Of a DNA stretch of 64,000 nt, positions 51,201 to 64,000 are shown piece after piece. The DNA comes from Antedon mediterranea (taxonomy: Eukaryota; Animalia; Echinodermata). The stretch spans positions 3,534,001 to 3,598,000 of the forward strand of contig NC_092674.1 in assembly GCF_964355755.1 (NCBI RefSeq), read 5' to 3'. A program made the translations under genes and the position numbers. The notes below the pieces were generated by a model. That model was not told the origin of the DNA, did not search any database, and worked only from the letters and a program-made list of their open reading frames with translations. Position 1 is the stretch's first letter; every line of letters starts with the position of its first letter.

Positions 51201-54200
51201 TGTATTATACTGTCAACACTAATATTGTTGTAATAATCAATTTTAGTTTTATCAATCATCAATCACAATTAATGTTATATACTGTCTACAAACTATTATT
51301 ATACCAAGGGATTGTGAATAGAAATGGTTCCCACCAGTACGATGGATTGAAAGAGGATAAGTAGAGAAAATTGGAACAGAAAAAAGGTAGAAAAAATGTT
51401 GGGAGAGAGGGTGTGGGGGAGAGGGGGGATATATTACGAGAACCGTGATCTCAGATATTGCGGAGTGCATATAATAACAATGTTGAAAACTGTATGTCAT
51501 CTTGTATGTCACCATCTATCATGTCATGTCATCTTGTATGTCACCATCTATCATGTCATGTCATCTTGTATGTCACCATCTATCATGTCATGTCATCTTG
51601 TATGTCACCATCTATCATGTCATGTCATCTTGTATGTCACCATCTATCATGTCATGTCATCTTGTATGTCACCATCTATCATGTCATGTCATCTTGTATG
51701 TCACCATCTATCATGTCATGTCATCTTGTATGTCACCATCTATCATGTCATGTCATCTTGTATGTCACCATCTATCATGTCATGTCATCTTGTATGTCAC
51801 CATCTATCATGTCATGTCATCTTGTATGTCACCATCTATCATGTCATGTCATCTTGTATGTCACCATCTATCATGTCATGTCATCTTGTATGTCACCATC
51901 TATCATGTCATGTCATCTTGTATGTCACCATCTATCATGTCATGTCATCTTGTATGTCACCATCTATCATGTCATGTCATCTTGTATGTCACCATCTATC
52001 ATGTCATGTCATCTTGTATGTCACCATCTATCATGTCATGTCATCTTGTATGTCACCATCTATCATGTCATGTCATCTTGTATGTCACCATCTATCATGT
52101 CATGTCATCTTGTATGTCACCATCTATCATGTCATGTCATCTTGTATGTCACCATCTATCATGTCATGTCATCTTGTATGTCACCATCTATCATGTCATG
52201 TCATCTTGTATGTCACCATCTATCATGTCATGTCATCTTGTATGTCACCATCTATCATGTCATGTCATCTTGTATGTCACCATCTATCATGTCATGTCAT
52301 CTTGTATGTCACCATCTATCATGTCATGTCATCTTGTATGTCACCATCTATCATGTCATGTCATCTTGTATGTCACCATCTATCATGTCATGTCATCTTG
52401 TATGTCACCATCTATTTTGTTATGGTTGAAAGAGCTAGAGTACCATTGTCTTCCTGACTAGAGTACTATCACTTAAAAAGTACATCAAATATACAAGAAT
52501 GACTTACCTTTTTGATAAAAATATCTTAAATTGACGATTTAATGACACATTTCATACATACACCACATACACACAATACAATCCAACACATTAATGACAC
52601 AATGTTATAAGAGTTTTTCACACTTTGCTGTGCATGGTGTGAAATTACCAAATGCTATGTCTATATCTACAATAATTCATACAATATTGGTATTATTCAA
52701 CACACACTGGGAAGCACTGTTGTAATAAATACATCGCTACACATACCAATCAACAGATGCCTATTGTCCATTGAAAATAATGTTTTACTCACTCTTGTGG
52801 TTATCATATATAGATATCCCTTAGGGTTAAAAAGCCATGGTCTGTCTTCTGAAAGTCTAGAAAATTATTGCGTGGTGTATAGAACACAGGAGACACCAAT
52901 ATTTATGATATTAGAGTTTTCTAGATCTAGAAAACTCTAATATAATCTGAGTTTTCTAGACACCCTAACCAGCTGCCGGTATAAAGGTGTATTTATACAG
53001 ACTACACAGGCTGGCAGTAACAGTAAGAAGAAAATACTGCATGCTGGTCCCGCATTGGATATGCATCCTCCCTGAGCAGGTTTCCGCTCAACTGCCCGTA
53101 TGCTCCACATTTTGTGAAAATGGTCATAAGAAATATTAAATATAGATTCTACTTTTTGTTTTTTGTTTACCGTTACCGCTCGTCTGGTGTAAATTGCCCT
53201 TTGTAGAAATAGATTTTTCTTGGTTGTTCATAATATAAATTTTAATCAGCAGATAAATAATATTAGCATATTATAGAATCAAAATATAACAATAACGAAA
53301 TGTCAAGGATATGTTTTATACTTTGACGACCAAAGGACAGCTTTTTTATAAGCGTACCAACAAACACAGAGTCATTGTGTAGTTCATTATTTTTCAATTT
53401 CGGTATCAATGAACATAATCCTGCCATTTTAACAAACAAATCTGTTGCAAACTAGGTTTATTTCTGATTTATAGAAAATATTTATCTATAACAAAGGTTA
53501 CAATTAGAAATGACAATTATTGTTGATTGACAAATTATGTAAAAAAAGGTTTATAAAAATGTAATATATAAAATACTAGTGCAAGAATACTCACAATTAA
53601 ATAGTAAAAATTAAGTTTATGAGATGACATATTTTGTAAAAGAGTTGGTACAGTGGTGTTATTTTTTATATACACTATATAATTAGTCATGCTTTAATAC
53701 AATCGATTGAAAAAATCACAAACGCTATTGAGAATAAAGAGTTCACACTAGGAGTTTTCCTTGATTTATCAAAAGCGTTTGATACAATCGATCATGATAT
53801 ATTATTAGATAAGTTAAGATTTTATGGTATAAGAGGAGTTCCGCTAAACTGGTTCTCAAACTATCTTAAAAAAAGACTACAATACACATTTATTGTTAAT
53901 ACTGCATCTAGTAAAATGACAGTAAACACTGGAGTTCCTCAGGGATCCATATTGGGTCCATTATTATTTCTTATATTCATTAATGATATTAGTCTAGCAT
54001 GTAACCATGTAGACATGATTATGTATGCAGATGACACAAATGTGTTTTATAGTCACAATGATATTACTCAAGCTTTTGATACAATGAACCAGGAGTTATC
54101 TATACTTTCGGACTGGTTTATTGCTAACAAATTAACGCTAAATGTAAACAAATCAAAATATGTTATATTTAAGGCTAGAAATAAGTCAGCTGACACTACC

Positions 54201-57200
54201 TCACTAGAATTGAGGATGGGAAATGAATGTATAGTAAAAGCTACTGAAGTTAAATTTCTAGGCTTATTTCTGGATGAAACTTTATCGTTTAATTATCATG
54301 TAAATGAGGTAGCAAACAGTATTTCTAGAATAATTGGTGTCTTAAACAAAGTGAAGTCTATGTTATCAAGTAAAATCTTGTTAACGGTATACAATGCACT
54401 TATATTACCTAGAATAACGTATGCTATCACAGTATGGGGTGCTACTTCTGCTACAAACTTAAACCGTATACATATTCTCCAGAAAAAAGCACTTAGAAAT
54501 ATTTGTCATGTTCATTTTATGCATCCTTCTCATCCACTTTTTATTTCAACCCAAACATTAAATATTTTTGACCTTTATACGAAACACACTGCTATATTTA
54601 TGTATCAATATAAACATAATCTATTACCTGAATCATTTAATAACTTATTTAGTACATCTGCCTCATTCCATAATTACTCAACTAGAAACAGGTCAAACTA
54701 CTGTCCACAACTAAAACGCACCAAAGTCGGACAGCAATGTATTTCCTACCAAGGAACACATATTTGGAACAATTTAACAGACTATATAAAACAATCCCCC
54801 ACTTTAAGTTTGTTTAAACAGAGATTAAAGCAATATTATAACAATAGAAATATTTAAGTTAAGTAAATCACATTATGTTATTTTGGTTTGTTCTTTTTGT
54901 TTGTACTAATTGTTTGATCTTTTTGTTAGGGTTACATGCTTAAAGCACTTGTGCTTATTTTGTATCCCATTCCATTATCTTATTATTTGTATTGTATTTG
55001 TATATGTTTTTATTTTGATTATGGAATAAAAATGTCGATGAATTGAATTGAATTAGTTTGACAAAAAAATGTGATGTGGCCAAATATGGTAGTGATATGT
55101 CCAAATATGGTAGTGATATGGCATCATTATGTCCATATATGGGCACATCACATACAGTTTTTATAGTATAGACAGAGCTTTACACAAATTAGAGGCTGGT
55201 GATAAGCATCAAGATTGGCATTGTTCTCAAATTTACTACTTTAACTATTATAGTTGTAAGTAGATACTAAAGAAAAATCATTAAATAGATCCAATTATTA
55301 AATTAAATCCAAATTGCTCTATTATATCATATCAATTATTTTAATGAGATTTTGATTTCAATATCATTTTACAACAAAGGTAGGTTTAAGGTGTATGAAT
55401 ATTACATTGCTTTATATGGACTGATTCTGAAGCAAATCAACAAGAGAAAAGACAAAAAAAATTTAAAAGAATAAACTGACCAGCAGCTGATGTATGACTA
55501 CAATCTTTAGCTAATAATTTGGTTTTTTACCTTATTTCAAATAACAAATTTGAGAATAAAAATATATTGTTTGTACTGTACATATAAACACATCACCTTA
55601 AAACCATGGAGGTAAACCCAAACCAAATTCATAAAACATTGCCTAAATTAAGAACATACAGATTAGACATACAGTACGTATAACTTAAAATAGTTTGAAA
55701 AAATTTAAAATGAAAAGAAAACTATTAGCTAGAACCTACCTTTCTCTTCCTGTGACTGTGAACAATAAATACAGAGCAAATGTTGCTACTTTTAATATAT
55801 AACGTCTGAACATACATCTCCCAAAAAAAGACAGGAAAAAAAAAACTGAGATCAGGAAGTTATTGAACGATTTGTACAAGACATACCGGTACCTTCACCT
55901 AACAGGTGAGAATAAAACACTTTACAGAGAAGGCTTGTAGAACCATCAAATAAACTAAAATTAAGCAGCATAAACAGTTGAAAATATCACTTGACAAGAG
56001 AACAATAAACAAGGTGTATTCCAGAGACCTATCAATAAGATCTTAAACAATGCTAAGAGATAATGTTTGTAAAAAACATAGTTCTTTAAAAAAACAGTAT
56101 TACAATGGAGACATTTCAAAAAAACGATGTAATTCAAAAATGGTATTACTCGACCAAGAACATTAAAAATACAATCATATTTATACTCCACGCCTTGTCT
56201 GAAGCTAAGACATGAGACATCTCAGGAGAATACCAAATTTTATGAGAATCAATCTTTTTAAAGTTACAGGCTAATTGCATGCAGAGTGTGACCCTGCCTT
56301 GAGGAGGTAAACTATCTGATGACATGGTGTACTATTTCACTCAAGTTTACCTATTTTGTACCACTTACCAGAAATTAAAAACGTATAATCATTCCATTTT
56401 ACTTCACAAGTCTGTAGCTATCTAATATTTTAACCAGAAATAAAACTGTAGATGTCAAGAAAGATACTCAGGTCAAAGTTGATAAAACCTTGATAAACAC
56501 TTTCAGTGATTATAGTTGGTGGTGTTGTCACGTTTCACTGACTTTTATAAACACATAAACTTAGCGATTTGGTTGGATTAAAGTTGATATTATTAACCTT
56601 TTACCATTGAAAATTAAACTAAACTCTTTTAAACTTTTTTTTAATTAAAACCGAGAAACGGAATGTGCATTCAATAAAGCATACCTTTGTTACCTTCTTT
56701 AAAAGAACATTTAAAACACTCTCTGAAAAGATTTAAAAGAGGACATGTTGGCAGAAATTAATGGGATATTCCAATTAGGCAATACATGATCATTACAACA
56801 TATTTCCTTTTAAACATTCCATCCCTTGGTAAACATTGACTTCCTTTAGTACAATGGAATTTCTTGGAATTATAAAATCTCTACTCTAAATATAGTAACT
56901 AATTGATATTTTTGACAAAATTAAAAAAGTACTCATGTACACTGGGCCCTTTTAGGTTTTATTTTCACATCACAGATGGCCCACTAAAAGGCCCCAGAGG
57001 TTTGGTTGATGGAGCTCTATGTTTGGTTATAATTGCATGGTACTGGTATTAAATGCCAAATTATATAAATGAAAAAAACATATAAACTGTCTTCATCGAT
57101 AGATAATGTTTCTTTCATATCAAAATGGATGATTCTACGAAATGACACAATTTTCATAAATAACAATTAGTGTTTTAAACACATTTATAATTTTATTTTA

Positions 57201-60200
57201 CTAAACAATTAACCATCAGAAAGAATTGTAAATATCGCCCTCTATATTTAAGTACGAGTAATCTTTTTAAATGGCCACATATTTTAATGATCCTACTGAA
57301 ATAACAAATAGTTTGTTTTGATATATATAACGAAGTAAAGTATTAATTATTTATTTATACAGGATTACACAATCAGGTAAAAGAAAAACCTGTTTTCCAT
57401 TGCAGTCCTGTCTAAATTTAGTTTTGTGAAAAAAATTAGATTGTATCTAGCTGTGAATGATCAGCAATTGTCGGGTAGGTTATTCCATATTTTAGCGCCT
57501 GTAACTTTGAACGACGAGTTATAAAAAAGATAACTACAAAATAGCACATCACTTTCACACACAGGGACAATACAAAAATACTTATTTAGATTTAAACAAA
57601 AAAAAACTCTTTTAAATCGTCCAATGTAAATTCCAATATGTGTGGAACTTCATTCAAAACTTCTATAATATTTGATGTAAAAAGTCTCCAACATTTCACA
57701 AAATACTTTATAACTGTTTTATACAAAAACCATGCTTTTATTTGGCCTGGGCATTTTTTCAAATTTAATTATGTGGTTAATAACAAATACCTGTTTTTGT
57801 TCTTTTTAACCAATGCTAAAATTTGAAATTTTTCTAAAAACTGGTACTACCACACACAACAATTCAGATTTTCAACAATAAAAACCACTGATGCAAAATG
57901 AACTGACGTATAAATTAGCCCCATAAATATTCATAAAATGTGGTTCCTTTGAAATACACAGATAGCGACGACACAACACACTCAACTAAGCACGCTGTTC
58001 TATTGAATATTTCATAAGCTTTAAGTGCTGCTAAGCCCATCATTGATAAAAGCTATCTAAGTCATCACCCATCACAATAGCATTTGTCTTTCCATTTTAC
58101 ATTCCAAAGTACAGCGTTGTTTCCTATTCGGTTTCACATTTAGAATGTAGAGTAAGTCGTTAAAAAGCAGTTGTATAAAAATATCTCAAATGTATAAATC
58201 AATTTTATTTTTATCATATATTTTACGTTAGAGTACATGTATATCTTCAATTAATGTTACCGAAAACAATTACATATTTTTTAAAATCATTTATCTCTAG
58301 TTCAAACATTCTTGTTTGCATGGTTTCAAAGCAAATTTTTTAAAATGTCTTTAATTCTCAGTTTTTTCTTAATACAATTTATATTTACCATGTTACTTAT
58401 ACAACACATTAACTACCACTTTTTCAATACAGTTTCATTAACAATAAACTTTTATTAAGTTTTTATATCTGAAAAATGTCAACAAATTCCCAGGACAAAT
58501 GACAGTCTATTTTAGTATTCACTGGAGTGTTTATGAGTTGTCATAGATACAGTGTCAAACACTGTGTAAACAGTGTAATGTAAACTGGAACGGTCTCTCT
58601 TGAGATATTCTACAAAGTAACTTTATCCCTACAATATTTTTATTATGTCATACTTGATTCATAATGGTGTGAAAGCACTTGTTCCAAAAGTCAATACTGA
58701 CAATTTAAAATGGATTTCTGGCGGTAGAATTTTATTTATAGGGTCGAGTAAATTAGTGTTTTGAGGCACCCTTACAACCCACCAACCATTGCCACCCACA
58801 CAAACTCCTAAAATCTAACCTCAAACAAAAGCTAACCTCACAATGCAAATTATAACCAAAACTGAAGCAAAATTGGGGTGACAAATTGTTTGTAACACTA
58901 GATGTGCAAACTTAACTGAATTTTATAACCATGAACCTAACTCAACTAAATAAACAAATAAATATACAGTAGGCTGAAATAATTTATCAGTTTCAGAATA
59001 ATATCAACAGCATCACTCAAAATATGCTATTTTAAAATAAGTAACTTAAAAATAAGTAATAATAATGTTGTGTAGGCTAAGTCTGAGCTGAATAAAATAA
59101 GATAATGATACGCTGTAAATTTTACTTGTTACAATAAAGTATATTGATGTAAATACATACTAAATTGTAGGAAAACTATTTCCACATTTGGTAAAACACA
59201 TGTGAAACTGACGATCACTACCAAAACTAAGGGTCTTTCCCACATGGTCTAATGACAATTGTTGGGTTTCAGGAGGAGCTTCAACCATGGAGGTAAAAAA
59301 TAATGCTTTAACCACATAAGTGTCTAAAGTTTAAGAAATTAATGCCGACTAAAGAACCCCTTTCTTACCTGCTGCAATTGATTTTGTTTCATCCACTGGT
59401 TAACATAGTTGTCATCTTCCGTTATCAAGACTTCCTCGGTCATTTCAGCATCATCAGTACTACTACTACTATCAGTAGATACGTTTGATGGTGTATACCC
59501 TCCCCTATGCCAGTTATCTAGAGGCATGGTACCTGGATAATTTGATACATCTGACATTCTCCGCAGATCTCCGTATCCCATAAATCTCCTTAATTCCTTT
59601 TGCCGTTGTCTTTCCTCCAACACATCTTCAACGATGCTCACCAGATCATTCTGGTCGGTTAGAAGACTACAACTATTGTCAACCATCTTTGTTTTAGTTT
59701 CCTTTTTATTATCCAATCCGCTGACACCATCGAGTATCTTCCTTTGTCCCATCTTTAATTCGCGGATATCCAACATCATAAAGTCTAAGCAAATTTGCAG
59801 TTTTGCTAAATCAAGAGTCGATTTTGCTTGTTCTGTGTTCATTCTTTCAATTGCTGAAACAACATCAACAATTTTATTCAGGACCGTAATTGCGGATTCA
59901 TTTTGGTTGTTAGATGCATGATGTCCTTTTGAATCAGATTGACTATTTCTAGAATTATGTCGGTAATCCTTTCTGCTGGACTGATTGTCATACTGACTCT
60001 CTTCATCATCTTCACCTTCTACTTCATATATTGTATTTTTGTATTCTTCTTGATCATATAAATTTTGACCATTAACTTCAGACTTTGATGATGAACTTCT
60101 CTTCATGGATGTTTTAAAACGGTTTAAATTGTCTCTTGACATACCAAGATGGTCAAAACTTCCAAACGTTTCATCTTCCATTTCATCCCACGAGAGATTG

Positions 60201-61219
60201 CAATCATCATCCTCCCAAATACTTGGCTCAGAATAACCATCACTTGAACTGCACAGTTCTGCGTCAGCAGCATCTTTATCTGGTGTACCTTCTTTAGACA
60301 TTGTTCCATCTGACTCACCAGCAGTATCCTCTTCGTTGATATCGTACTCAGAATTATTTTCTATGTCATGTTCATCAGTCTTTAATTTATTTTTGTTTGT
60401 GTTGCTATGTTCCACTTTGTTATCGGTGTCAATGTTGTCTACCTCATGTTCACTACTGTGGAGATCAGCAAGTGGAACCGACAAGCTTTCAAGGTCAGAA
60501 TCAAAAGCGTAACTTTGTCGGTTTGAAAAAGATTCCATAAGTAGTTCAAATGTGGAATTTGCTCTTTCTGCTTCTGGAAGCTTCCAATTTGGAACATTTA
60601 TAGATTCTGCGCAAGTTTTTAAATGTTCAAGACTCTTTTCAAGAACGTCCTGGAATTCTGCTGTAGATTGAGGTCTAGAATTAGCTATCCTTAGTAAATT
60701 CTGCCGCATTTCTTCATCCTTTGTATTACAACATTGAGTAGGCCTATAACTTTTCCCTGAGTTGATTGTAATTTCAGGTTTGCGTTTATCTTGAGTTATC
60801 ACTGTTTTCTTCATATCGGTTTTTAAATGTGTAGCAGGCACATCACATTCTTTCTTACAATGTATTCCGTCAGAAGTTGATGCATTATCATTGCTTTCTA
60901 AAAGATCATAACTCCTGTATGTGACTTCAGGATACTTATTTCCATTAGATTTTCTGCTGCCTTCTGAGCATAACACAGGTTTAGGTTTAAAACTGTTTTC
61001 AGTTTCATGGTATTCGGTGGTATGTCTATTACTTTCATTATAAAGAGTATTGCTAACCTTGAAATTATTTTCCTCCTTTGTTTTCACAGTTGTTGATTTC
61101 TCATTTGCAGTTTGATTTAAATAATCTAAACTTTCAGAAACAATTTCATCCAATTGTTTTCGTAGTTCATCAGATTCAGGAGGTGGCCTTTTGCGAAAGT
61201 GTTTGAAATATGCCATCAT
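36246..61219 (-). CDS. ARHGEF4: SH3-DH-PH Rho guanine nucleotide exchange factor, ARHGEF4(Asef)/SPATA13/ARHGEF9(collybistin) family, long isoform
   Basis: Exons 5'->3': 61219-59369, 46970-45369, 44229-44085, 42804-42523, 42345-42095, 41510-41384, 40995-40904, 40490-40311 (SH3: [35 protein letters not shown]), 39789-39598 ([15 protein letters not shown]), 39330-39151, 38905-38801, 38570-38313 ([24 protein letters not shown]), 37978-37847 (PH: [15 protein letters not shown]), 37276-37192, 37035-36895, 36743-36660, 36412-36246 (stop). All GT-AG and phase-consistent; 5874 nt. The symbol is family-level (likely co-ortholog of ARHGEF4/SPATA13/ARHGEF9). Joining of the first exon is inferred. Confidence 0.88.
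37367..37749. mobile_element. MITE with ~75-bp imperfect TIRs
   Basis: atagagtatca..tgacgtc..tagagggcgctgcatggttgctagc-caaccaaaaaatgcgttcagc is mirrored by gctgaacgcatttttggttgcgctagcaaccacgcagcgccaccta..gacgtca..tgatactttat. Confidence 0.8.
38650..38780. mobile_element. MITE family 1
   Basis: tgtctacactatcaaac...gtttgatagtgtagacagagct. Confidence 0.85.
41046..41185. mobile_element. MITE family 1 (opposite orientation)
   Basis: TAA|agctctgtctaca...gtttgatagtgtagacagagct|TAA. Confidence 0.85.
41665..42020. repeat. Minisatellite, 20 bp x ~17
   Basis: tatgtgacaatcatacagt(a/g) in tandem. Confidence 0.9.
44435..44637. mobile_element. Harbinger-like MITE
   Basis: agtttacactagcaaactttta ... taaaatttgctagtgcagact inverted ends. 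Confidence 0.55.
48772..49017 (-). mobile_element. L2-type LINE 3' fragment (decayed)
   Basis: Minus strand gives LLVVP...[28 protein letters not shown], then cagcgcattga..tgcgctatataag and a (tat)n tail. Confidence 0.8.
50489..50618. mobile_element. MITE family 1 (full copy)
   Basis: TAA|agctctgtttacactatcaaac...gtttgatagtgtagacagagct|TAA. Confidence 0.88.
51494..52415. repeat. Homogeneous 32-bp minisatellite x ~29
   Basis: atgtcatcttgtatgtcaccatctatcatgtc repeated with no visible variants; explains the three 319-353 aa ORFs. Confidence 0.97.
53688..55050 (+). mobile_element. 5'-truncated CR1/L2-group LINE: reverse transcriptase (ORF2) C-terminal part + 3' UTR
   Basis: Open frame from 53688 to stop at 54857: [71 protein letters not shown]. 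Followed by aataaa and a (gaatt)n tail. TSD AATTAGT at 53681-53687 and 55051-55057. Confidence 0.93.
55051..55179. mobile_element. MITE family 1, right part (left stub at ~53669-53687)
   Basis: tagtttgacaaaaaaatgtgatgtg...tagtatagacagagct. Confidence 0.8.
57346..57522 (-). mobile_element. CR1/L2-group LINE 3' fragment
   Basis: Minus strand gives [16 protein letters not shown], then caggactgcaatggaaaacagg..cctg..aatcctgtataaataaataa. Confidence 0.65.
59369..61219 (-). CDS. Large (617-codon) acidic/low-complexity exon, probable first coding exon of the RhoGEF long isoform
   Basis: 1.85-kb ORF in AT-rich DNA; ATG at 61219 with an in-frame upstream TGA; ends CAG|gtaaga in phase 0, matching the phase-0 acceptor at 46970. 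Confidence 0.72.
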
Positions 61220-62419
61220 TTTGAAATTCAAACATCAGTGACTCAAAATATATTTAAAAATTGACAAATAATTACTGAAATTTTGCGAATAATTTCCAGA
61301 AAATCCATGAATATATCCTCCTTCCAATATCAAAACAGGAAACAAAACGTGTAAGTACATTACCAAACAAATTCAGATGGAACTTAGATGCAAGAAACTG
61401 TATAAATACACTGGTTCTTGTGTATTATGCTGTACTGTTATACCCTGTATAACAACAAACGTTGTCGGTCTTGACATAAAATTTAATCAGCCTATGTTTT
61501 AAAGTGTCAGTCCTCATGATTTATTACGATGCTTAGAAACAGCCTATCACCTTTGCACTGCAATGAAACTCCAATTTTAACAACCATTATGTCACACTTC
61601 ATAAATTATAACTTGAAAATGATAAAAGATTCAGTTCACATGATGATACAATTGCCTTGGATGTTGATGAATATAAGTTATCTTGAAGCATAGATACTAT
61701 AGTACTGGAAGAAACCTTATGATATCACTGTTATTTCATTTTAAAATAAAATGAAAACTAATCCAATCTAGTACTGTTGAGATGCATCTGATGTCCACAT
61801 TTGAGGTCTGTTCAAACTGAGAAATTTGATTTCAAGATTTTAAAACATTCAAATATAAGTACCTATTGTCAGAAATAATTACCTCAAAACAAAGAAATTT
61901 CAAAATGAACTTGCTGGTACTGAAATTAGCATAAACTCAATGACGACAAATTAATGAATTTCCAAAAATACAAAAGATTTTGTAAATAGCCGAGTTTTTA
62001 TTTGAGCTGTACTTCCAAAGATCAACGTAGACAATCATTTACTGTTCATCAAAAACAAATCCTGAAATTTCTCACTAAACACAACACAACAGATAAATCC
62101 ACTTATTCATGAATACTTTGCTATAATCAATTGTAAAGATTTCCTCTTTTTAGACAGATCAACTCTTCGCGTCAACACAAATGAATAAACTAAACTAATC
62201 CAAAAAGAATAAACAATTGGACTTGCCTACCCGCCAAACATAGGATTTTCACTGGATAGCAGTCAAGATCTTTAGAATTATTTTGCAAGTTCCTTTGAAA
62301 GGGATTCTCTCATGCTTACGTACACCCCCAGACATCCATGAGCGCTCAAGCATAATAGGAGAAATTTATGTGAATGTTCGGATACGTACAAATAAGCTAG
62401 GCATTCAGGACAACAACCA

Positions 62420-62995
62420 ATTAAAATGACAGCATCTTAACTGGATTTTCCAATGAAACAAACTGCAGTAATGGATACAATTACTTCAGTAAAAATTTGA
62501 TAATTATAATAATAAATTTCAATATTAAAAACACAATTTGGTACATTAAATTATTTACGATACAAGAATACATTCAATACAATTTAATATATTAAATATT
62601 TATGGTACTGTATTTACATTCAACTTTAACATAAAATGACAGCATCTTGACTGGATTTTCCAATGAAACAAACTGCAGTAATGGATATTACTTCAGTAAA
62701 ATAATAATAATGATAATAAAATAAAAAAAATTCAATATTAAAAAACACAATAATATGTTAAACACAATTGGATATATTAAAAATTCATGACATTTATGTT
62801 CGACTAACATAAAATGACAGCATCTTTACTGGATTTTCCCATGAAACAAACTGGAATAATGGATATTACTTCAGTAAAAATGTGGTAATATAATAATAAT
62901 CAATTTCAATATTTAACAAACAAAAATTGGTACATTAAATTATTAACGATACAAGAGGATACATTCAACACAATTTGATATATTTAATATGGTAT
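62420..62995. repeat. Degenerate ~190-bp tandem triplication
   Basis: aaaatgacagcatctt-actggattttcc-atgaaacaaactg..taatggata..ttacttcagtaaaa at ~62423, 62633 and 62811. Confidence 0.85.
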
Positions 62996-63297
62996 TTACG
63001 TTTGCCTTTAACATGGATTCATCAAAGTGCATCAGTAAATAATACATTATTGCACATAATAAAATATTATTATTCTATTCATCATAGATATGAGTCACAA
63101 ACACTAATAAAAACAATTCAAACGTAATGTCTAATTTGACATTATTAAGAAAAATTCAATGTTTCAGACTAAAGTTTAAAAAGGGAACTTCCAGCGGAAA
63201 CTTTGATAAATTAATCAGGTCTATTGAACTATTGAATCAGTTCAATTCATAAAGACAATTGAGATAATACCATCAGGAAGAGTCTAGTGTGCCTTAA

Positions 63298-63476
63298 AGC
63301 TTGGTTCCCACTAGAACGTAACGCAAGGACGTAAACGCAATGCAAGCGTTTTAACCAATGACAAGCGAAGTTATAGACAATTAGCAATCACAAGCGTATA
63401 AGCCATCGCTTGTGATTGGTCACTTCACTTGTGTTGCGTTACGTCCTTGTGTTGCGTCGCTAGTGGGAACCACGCT
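63298..63476. mobile_element. PIF/Harbinger-like MITE (family 2)
   Basis: TAA|agcttggttcccactag...ctagtgggaaccacgct|TTA, interior palindromic. Confidence 0.8.
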
Positions 63477-64000
63477 TTAAGGGGGATTTAGTAGAATAGT
63501 ACCAGAGGGGTGCTAAGCATAGTATTAAACAGTTTAAAATTTGCTTTGCTATAATGATGCTATCAGTGAATCCTTTAAAAAAAACATGGGGGGGGGGGGG
63601 GTGCGCGGAGTGTTGCCTACTGAAATGTGCCATGGTTTTCACTCACTTATATACTTGTTAAAAATGTAATCAATCCAATTATCCTTTCCCCTGTCCTTTG
63701 AGTAGTTATGTTAATAAAGGCATATTATCATGCATATCAGAAGTTAACATTGATCAATATTTTTGTTTATTAGTCAAGATACATTAGTTAAGGCTGAAAT
63801 GCATTAGGCCCTCAACACTTAAAAAACCGTTTCTATTAATATACATATAATATCCAACAACTGGGGCTTCTCAAATTAGTTCTTTCATCTGCTGTATTTA
63901 TTTTGACTTCAAATACATTTTTTGGGTTAAATGTTTGATAAATCTTCCCCCAGTAATGTTAACAAAAACATTAATAGAAACAGTACATATATCACAGTAA

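Noticed and set aside
51396-52461. Three 319-353 aa Cys/His-rich ORFs
   Set aside because: Artefact of a stop-free 32-bp repeat giving the same peptide in all frames.
52501-52560. Alternative coding first exon of the RhoGEF (AAG|gtaagt on minus strand); similar candidates at ~44916 and ~43468
   Set aside because: In-frame stops or the wrong phase for the next exon. They could be non-coding exons but this cannot be supported from sequence.

Overview
AT-rich, intron-containing genomic DNA from an invertebrate animal; the taxon cannot be fixed from sequence alone. Three spliced protein-coding genes were reconstructed by hand with phase-consistent GT-AG junctions. (1) The 5' three exons of an oxalate:formate-antiporter-like MFS transporter (minus strand, 3321 to beyond the left edge; absent from the ORF track). 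(2) A complete TBC1D24/Skywalker-like TBC+TLDc gene (plus strand, 9 coding exons, ~510 aa). (3) An ARHGEF4/SPATA13/ARHGEF9-family SH3-DH-PH RhoGEF with a very long low-complexity N-terminus (minus strand, 17 exons, ~1957 aa if fully joined). The two most unusual non-genic structures are a ~12.7 kb modular satellite built entirely from two interlocking hairpin modules between the convergent 3' ends of TBC1D24 and the RhoGEF, and a 77-bp tandem array carrying about 45 same-strand consensus 5' splice-site (GGTAAGT) motifs just upstream of TBC1D24. The rest is MITEs, LINE remnants (two nested inside the same MITE family), a MULE-like element with a 9-bp TSD, SINE copies and minisatellites. Coordinates and copy numbers were counted by eye.
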